Source: an uncultured Candidatus Binatia bacterium (lineage in GTDB: Bacteria > Desulfobacterota > Binatia > Bin18). From it: 64,000 nt of DNA. The notes beneath the pieces were generated by a model, which was given only the letters and a program-made list of their open reading frames with translations, did no database searches and was not told where the DNA came from. Of the stretch, positions 59,615 to 64,000 are shown in pieces. How positions within the stretch are numbered: the stretch's first letter is position 1; each line of letters begins with the position of its first letter. The stretch spans positions 466,869-530,868 of the forward strand of contig OZ242288.1 of assembly GCA_965207575.1 (NCBI GenBank), in the 5' to 3' direction. The position numbers and the translations under genes are program-made.

Positions 59615-61129
59615 ATGCCACTGCGCAAACCGACCAAGGACGATTTCCACCGTTTGGCTCATGCCAGCCATTTCGAGTTGAGTGCGGAAGAGGCTGAGGC
59701 GTATGAAGCCATGTTGCCGGATATGTTTGCCGCGCTGGACGCGCTCGACCAGGCGCCCGCAAACCTGCCGGAGATTAGCTATCGTGAGCGCGAGCCCGGT
59801 AGCCGTCCGAGCCGTGCGGACGACCCGCTCAACGCCATAGTCCGGCGCTGTTCAATTAAGGGTGCATCTTCGGGCAAGCTGGCCGGGAAGCGTCTGGGTA
59901 TTAAGGACAATGTGAGTATTGCTGGCATTCCCATGACGTGTGCCTCTCTGGTGCTGAGCGGCTATGTGCCGGATATTGATGCCACTATTATCACCCGCAT
60001 CCTTGATGCCGGCGGTGAGATTACCGCCATCCTGAATATGGACAATTTTGCCTTCTCTGGTGGCGGCCATACCAGCGCCTATGGCCCGACCCGCAATCAG
60101 CATAATCCCGACCACATGGCTGGCGGTTCGTCCGGCGGCTCGGGGGCCGCCCTGTCGTATGATGACATTGACCTGACTATCGGCGGGGACCAGGGGGGCT
60201 CCATTCGTATTCCGGCATCCTGGTGCGGCGTCGTGGGGCTCAAGCCGACCCATAGCCTCGTTCCATACACGGGTATCGTCGGCATCGATAACACCTTCGA
60301 CCATACCGGTCCGATGGCGGAGACCGTGGCTGACACCGCCCTGCTGCTTGAAGTCATTGCCGGTAAGGACCCGCTCGACCCGCGCCAATACGAGGTTCCG
60401 GTGCAGCCCTACACGCAAGTCCTGGGTCAGAGCATCCAGGGTCTTCGCCTGGGTGTCGTCAAAGAAGGGTTTGGGACCCCCGTGTCACAGCCGGGTGTTG
60501 ATACCAAGGTCCACGCCGCCGTCAACGCCTTACAGGACCTTGGGGCGCAGGCAGAAGAAGTCTCTATTCCGGCCCATCTTGAAGCTGGTGGGATTACCTG
60601 GGCCTTAATTGCTGAAGGGATGACGGCTTTGGTGTATGGCAACGGCGTCGGCTATCATTGGAAGGGGCTATACAATGAAAGCCTGATGAATACCTTGGGC
60701 AAATCACTCAAAGCCCAGGCTCAGGACCTGCCCCATCAAGCCAAATTTGTGACCCTGGTCGGGAGCTATCTGAACCAGGCCTATTATGGCCGCTTGTATG
60801 CCAAGGCCCAAAATCAACGCCGCGCCCTCCAGGCCGCCTACGACCAGGTCCTCGAACGCTTCGACATCCTTGTCATGCCAACAACGCCGATGACGGCCCA
60901 CCGCTATGTTCCCAATATGGGACCGCTCGACTCGCTTCAATTCGGCTGGAATATGCTCGGTAATACGGCGCCGTTTGATATGACCGGTCATCCTTCGCTC
61001 ACCGTTCCCTGCGGACAGGTCGATGGTCTGCCGGCCGGCCTTATGCTGACCGGACGACATTTTGATGACGCCACCCTCTTGCGTGCCGGCCATGCCTTTG
61101 AGCAGCAGATGCCCTGGCAAGAGCGGTAA
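59615..61129 (+). CDS. Amidase-signature family amidase
   Basis: Contains GGSSGGSGAA and GGDQGGSIRIPAS. GGGAGGA lies before the ATG at 59615. Confidence 0.9.
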   Translation: MPLRKPTKDDFHRLAHASHFELSAEEAEAYEAMLPDMFAALDALDQAPANLPEISYREREPGSRPSRADDPLNAIVRRCSIKGASSGKLAGKRLGIKDNVSIAGIPMTCASLVLSGYVPDIDATIITRILDAGGEITAILNMDNFAFSGGGHTSAYGPTRNQHNPDHMAGGSSGGSGAALSYDDIDLTIGGDQGGSIRIPASWCGVVGLKPTHSLVPYTGIVGIDNTFDHTGPMAETVADTALLLEVIAGKDPLDPRQYEVPVQPYTQVLGQSIQGLRLGVVKEGFGTPVSQPGVDTKVHAAVNALQDLGAQAEEVSIPAHLEAGGITWALIAEGMTALVYGNGVGYHWKGLYNESLMNTLGKSLKAQAQDLPHQAKFVTLVGSYLNQAYYGRLYAKAQNQRRALQAAYDQVLERFDILVMPTTPMTAHRYVPNMGPLDSLQFGWNMLGNTAPFDMTGHPSLTVPCGQVDGLPAGLMLTGRHFDDATLLRAGHAFEQQMPWQER

Positions 61130-61145
61130 ATTGCTACGATGGGTC

Positions 61146-61180
61146 AGCAAGGAGGGAGCCGGGCTGCTCCCTCGCTTGCT
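61146..61180. terminator. Imperfect hairpin between convergent genes
   Basis: AGCAAGGAGGGAGC ... GCTCCCTCGCTTGCT. There is no clear T-run. Confidence 0.35.
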
Positions 61181-61195
61181 CCCGTTACCTGTTTG

Positions 61196-61993
61196 TCAAA
61201 CCGCTTTTCGCGCAGACACCACAAACTGCGGCAAACAGAAACAATATTCTTCGTTCTTCAGCCGCAAACGCACATCTTCCCGCCAAGCGTCCGCCTCGGC
61301 CTGGGTCACTTTGCCCGAGTCGCAGGCGTACTGGTGCCAGTTGTTCTCCAGCATGCGCAGGGCGTGCCCTTTGACGTCGGGGCTGGCGAATATCTTTACC
61401 CGGATGTCTTGGAGCTTGGCGAGGGTACACAACCGGCGCAGCTTGCGTCCGATACGCGGCTCGCGCATGGCGGTCGTTGTGATCGCTGCGAGTACGCGGT
61501 CGTGTAACGCTTCGTCACTCACGTCCAGGGCGAGCATTTCCCAGTCACTGTCGATGAGCACGATGACTCCGCCCGGTTGAGTGACGCGCGCAATATCTTG
61601 GACAGTCTGCTGGGCAGAGTCTACGTATTCGAGGACGTTTTTACAAAAGACCCGATCAAACGTTCCAGAATCGAATGGCAGGGGAGGAAAATCGGCTTGC
61701 TGGAAGCTGACCTGCGACAGGCCGACCTCCAGGGCTTTTGGGCCGGCTCGGGCGACAAACTCCGCGTTAATATCAACTCCAACGACTCTCCCTGTGGGAC
61801 CCACCCGTCGCCCCAGTTCCAGTGTGGTCGAGCCGGGACCAGAGCCGACATCCAGAACAGACAGGCCGGGCTGGAGATCAAGCGGAACAAGCAGCGGCTC
61901 CATGCGCGGCTCGTAGCGTAATAGAGACTCATAGACCGACAGGCGGGCCGCATCGATCTCAATCCAGTGCTGTTTATAATACGGAGTCGTCAT
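61196..61993 (-). CDS. Class I SAM-dependent methyltransferase
   Basis: Contains VLDVGSGPGSTTLEL (motif I) and RVFCKNVLEYV. Confidence 0.85.
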   Translation of the reverse strand: MTTPYYKQHWIEIDAARLSVYESLLRYEPRMEPLLVPLDLQPGLSVLDVGSGPGSTTLELGRRVGPTGRVVGVDINAEFVARAGPKALEVGLSQVSFQQADFPPLPFDSGTFDRVFCKNVLEYVDSAQQTVQDIARVTQPGGVIVLIDSDWEMLALDVSDEALHDRVLAAITTTAMREPRIGRKLRRLCTLAKLQDIRVKIFASPDVKGHALRMLENNWHQYACDSGKVTQAEADAWREDVRLRLKNEEYCFCLPQFVVSARKAV

Positions 61994-62028
61994 ACGCTTT
62001 ACCTTCTAGCTACCTTCCGGGCGATTTC

Positions 62029-62907
62029 TTATGGATGGTGCGGCACGCCAAGAATCTGCCTCGCTTCCTGAGGCGTGGCTGGTTCGCGTCCGTGTGCCCG
62101 GGCGACTTCGGTCACCCACGAAACGTAGTCGGCGTTGCTGCTCGCTACGGAGCCATCAAGAAGGGTGGCCCGATCCTCGAAACCCACCCGGACATGTGCC
62201 CCGGTGGTAATCGCCAGACTGGCAATGGTGAAGACGCTGTCCTCTATGCCGTGGGCAATCCAGGTCGCATTCGGAAAGACCTCTTTGACGCAGTCCGTTA
62301 TATAGGCATAGCTTCGCGGCGTGCCCGGCATGATCTGAAAGCCGGTACCAAATCGTCCTGAGAACTCAACCAGGAGATAGCGCGGAGCGGGCAGCAGGCC
62401 GTCTTCGACAAACATGGCGACATTGGACAAAAAACCCGTATCGAGGACGGTCGGCTCGGGTACTATGCCGCGTTCGCGACACACAAGAATGGTCTGGCGA
62501 ATATCCTCATAGGAGTTCGGAAGCGCCATCGTTTGTCGGGTGCCATTCACCAGCGGCGTATTGATCGCGATACTTCCGGTATTGAGAGAGATCATATCAA
62601 CCGGGTCAGGCGTTTCACGGAGATAGCGTAACACCTGATCAATCGATGCGTCCGGCAGGCGCGCGGTGGTGTGATTGATAATAAGAGCGGTCTGTTCCCG
62701 AATGAGGCGGTCGGCTTCCGCATACCACTCGGGATCATAGTTGATGCCACCATCATTTGCGCGGGCATGGATATGAACGATAGACGCGCCCGCCTCCGCG
62801 CAGCGCCTGGCCTCGGCCGCAACTTCTTGTGGCGTCCACGGGACGTTCCGGTTTTGCTCGCGACCGCGCATACCGTTCAGACAGGCTTTGATAACGATCT
62901 TGTCCAT
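62029..62907 (-). CDS. Beta-keto acid cleavage enzyme (BKACE/DUF849) family
   Basis: Contains IIKACLNG ... NVPWTPQEVAAEARRCAEAGASIVHIHAR. AGGAGAG lies before the ATG at 62907. Confidence 0.85.
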   Translation of the reverse strand: MDKIVIKACLNGMRGREQNRNVPWTPQEVAAEARRCAEAGASIVHIHARANDGGINYDPEWYAEADRLIREQTALIINHTTARLPDASIDQVLRYLRETPDPVDMISLNTGSIAINTPLVNGTRQTMALPNSYEDIRQTILVCRERGIVPEPTVLDTGFLSNVAMFVEDGLLPAPRYLLVEFSGRFGTGFQIMPGTPRSYAYITDCVKEVFPNATWIAHGIEDSVFTIASLAITTGAHVRVGFEDRATLLDGSVASSNADYVSWVTEVARAHGREPATPQEARQILGVPHHP

Positions 62908-62970
62908 CTGTAAACTCTCTCCTGTTTTTCGCCGCCCGAATCTGGCGCGCTGTGTTAGTGTCAATCTGGA

Positions 62971-63726
62971 TTACAGTTCAACCGCCGTCGCTGCTTCCGG
63001 GTCTACCCCCTCTTTCTGAGCGAAGTGCTCGCCAACAATGCCCGAAGAGACGATGAATGTGAACGCCTCTTCGACGGTATAATCGACGTCAACAACCTCC
63101 TCCGGCGGAACCATAACCAGAAACCCAGAAGTTGGGTTTGGTGTTGTGGGAATAAAGACGGAGAGGAGCTGCGGGGCAGAGGAGAGTCCTAGCGTGTCGT
63201 CCCGTTCCGTGGCAACCAGCCCCATCACCCACATCCCCTGGCGTGGATATTGGAGGAGGACGACGCGCTGAAAGCTGCCGGACGGCCCCTGAAAGGTCTC
63301 CACCATTTGTTTGACTGCACTATAGACGCTGCTCACAAGGGGCAGGCGCAGGATCAAAGTATTCACGGCATCCAAGATCTGTCTCCCGATAAAGTTCGTT
63401 CCCACCAGACCCAGGAGAAAGATAATAGCCAGAGCCAAGACAATATTGGCCACAGGCGTAATCGGTTCCAGCCACCAGAAGCTTTCAAGCTGCTGGAGCG
63501 GACCAAACAGGGTCCTCATGATGGGCGCGCCCGCGCCGCTGAGGAGGTCAAACAAAAAGGCGACCAATAAATACGTCGCAACCAGAGGAATAAGAATCAG
63601 CAGTCCGGTCAGGAAGGTGTTGCGAACAAAACGCGATGTGGCTCGTTTCCGCTTCACAGCGGTTCCTCCATCCATAGGCAACCCTCTTTCGTACAAATGG
63701 TAGAGTAAGAGTCCGGGGCTTCGCAA
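62971..63726 (-). CDS. DUF502-family membrane protein
   Basis: Contains FLTGLLILIPLVATYLLVAFLFDLL ... PLVSSVYSAVKQ ... FIPTTPNPTSGFL. The start could instead be M18 (63675). Confidence 0.75.
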   Translation of the reverse strand: MRSPGLLLYHLYERGLPMDGGTAVKRKRATSRFVRNTFLTGLLILIPLVATYLLVAFLFDLLSGAGAPIMRTLFGPLQQLESFWWLEPITPVANIVLALAIIFLLGLVGTNFIGRQILDAVNTLILRLPLVSSVYSAVKQMVETFQGPSGSFQRVVLLQYPRQGMWVMGLVATERDDTLGLSSAPQLLSVFIPTTPNPTSGFLVMVPPEEVVDVDYTVEEAFTFIVSSGIVGEHFAQKEGVDPEAATAVEL

Positions 63727-63741
63727 GAAAGGGGGGCGTGT

Positions 63742-63999
63742 TCACGCCTTTCGTTTGTGGAGAAACGCACTGACAGCAACAATGCTCCAGGTTCCTTCCA
63801 GCACGACAAAAGGGAGGAAGTCGATCAGATATGAGGCATAGCAGGCGATCCCGGCTCCAATGGCGTTGAGCGCTTGGTAGACTCTGGAATCGGTCTTCAT
63901 CCAGCCAAAGAGATTCAGGAAAAACGCCCCCAGCAATAGGCCAACCCCAACGGCACCGATCCATTCCGAGCTATTAGCGAAAGAAGTGAGTGTGGACAT
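63742..63999 (-). CDS. Small hypothetical membrane protein
   Basis: 85 aa with about 3 hydrophobic segments. Confidence 0.5.
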   Translation of the reverse strand: MSTLTSFANSSEWIGAVGVGLLLGAFFLNLFGWMKTDSRVYQALNAIGAGIACYASYLIDFLPFVVLEGTWSIVAVSAFLHKRKA

Positions 64000-64000
64000 A

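Overview
High-GC (about 60% by eye) bacterial chromosomal segment. I saw no rRNA, tRNA or CRISPR array. Ordinary metabolic genes sit at 1-7.4 kb (Mrp/Nuo-type antiporter subunit, crotonase, LLM monooxygenase, VOC protein, aldehyde dehydrogenase, SDR), at 10.3-13.5 kb and 25.2-28.6 kb (molybdopterin hydroxylase subunits), at 34-36.7 kb (TonB-dependent receptor), at 45.7-48.5 kb (TPP enzyme plus GCS2 ligase) and at 55.3-64 kb (PAP2, SnoaL, CoA-transferase, amidase, methyltransferase, BKACE, DUF502). These blocks are interrupted by several accessory or defence islands that are visibly rearranged. Island 1 (7.75-10.3 kb, AT-richer) holds a Type II R-M pair plus a TGA-split HEPN-like ORF, and it replaces the 3' part of a HEPN toxin gene. 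Island 2 (13.5-25.2 kb) lies between the coxM/coxS-like and coxL-like genes. It carries three secreted proteins that share an unassigned ~135-aa module, one of them an SRCR-cadherin-FN3-PPC eukaryote-like mosaic. It also carries a second Type II R-M pair, gene fragments and chimeric gene tails. Island 3 (36.8-45.3 kb) holds an intact MmeI-family Type IIG enzyme followed by a 383-aa unknown with a C-terminal Rx4H motif. It also holds a truncated PIN/RHH pair, a 206-aa unknown, a 0.6-kb duplicate of the MmeI nuclease domain, an XRE regulator, an orphan antitoxin and a decayed second nuclease-methylase gene. Island 4 (48.8-55.3 kb, AT-richer) holds a small toxin/immunity-like pair, a leaderless trypsin-like protease, an HNH remnant, a helicase-less type ISP-like R-M enzyme and a VapBC pair. 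One IS1595-family transposase lies at 29.5-30.4 kb. Pseudogenes are frequent (TetR with two amber codons, nuclease-methylase with an in-frame TAA, truncated HEPN, PIN, YiiX-like and TBDR fragments). The candidates I rate most worth following up are the shared secreted module, the SRCR mosaic protein, and the recurring arrangement of an R-M enzyme followed by a co-oriented HEPN-like gene. All family calls come from reading the translations by eye. No database search was possible.
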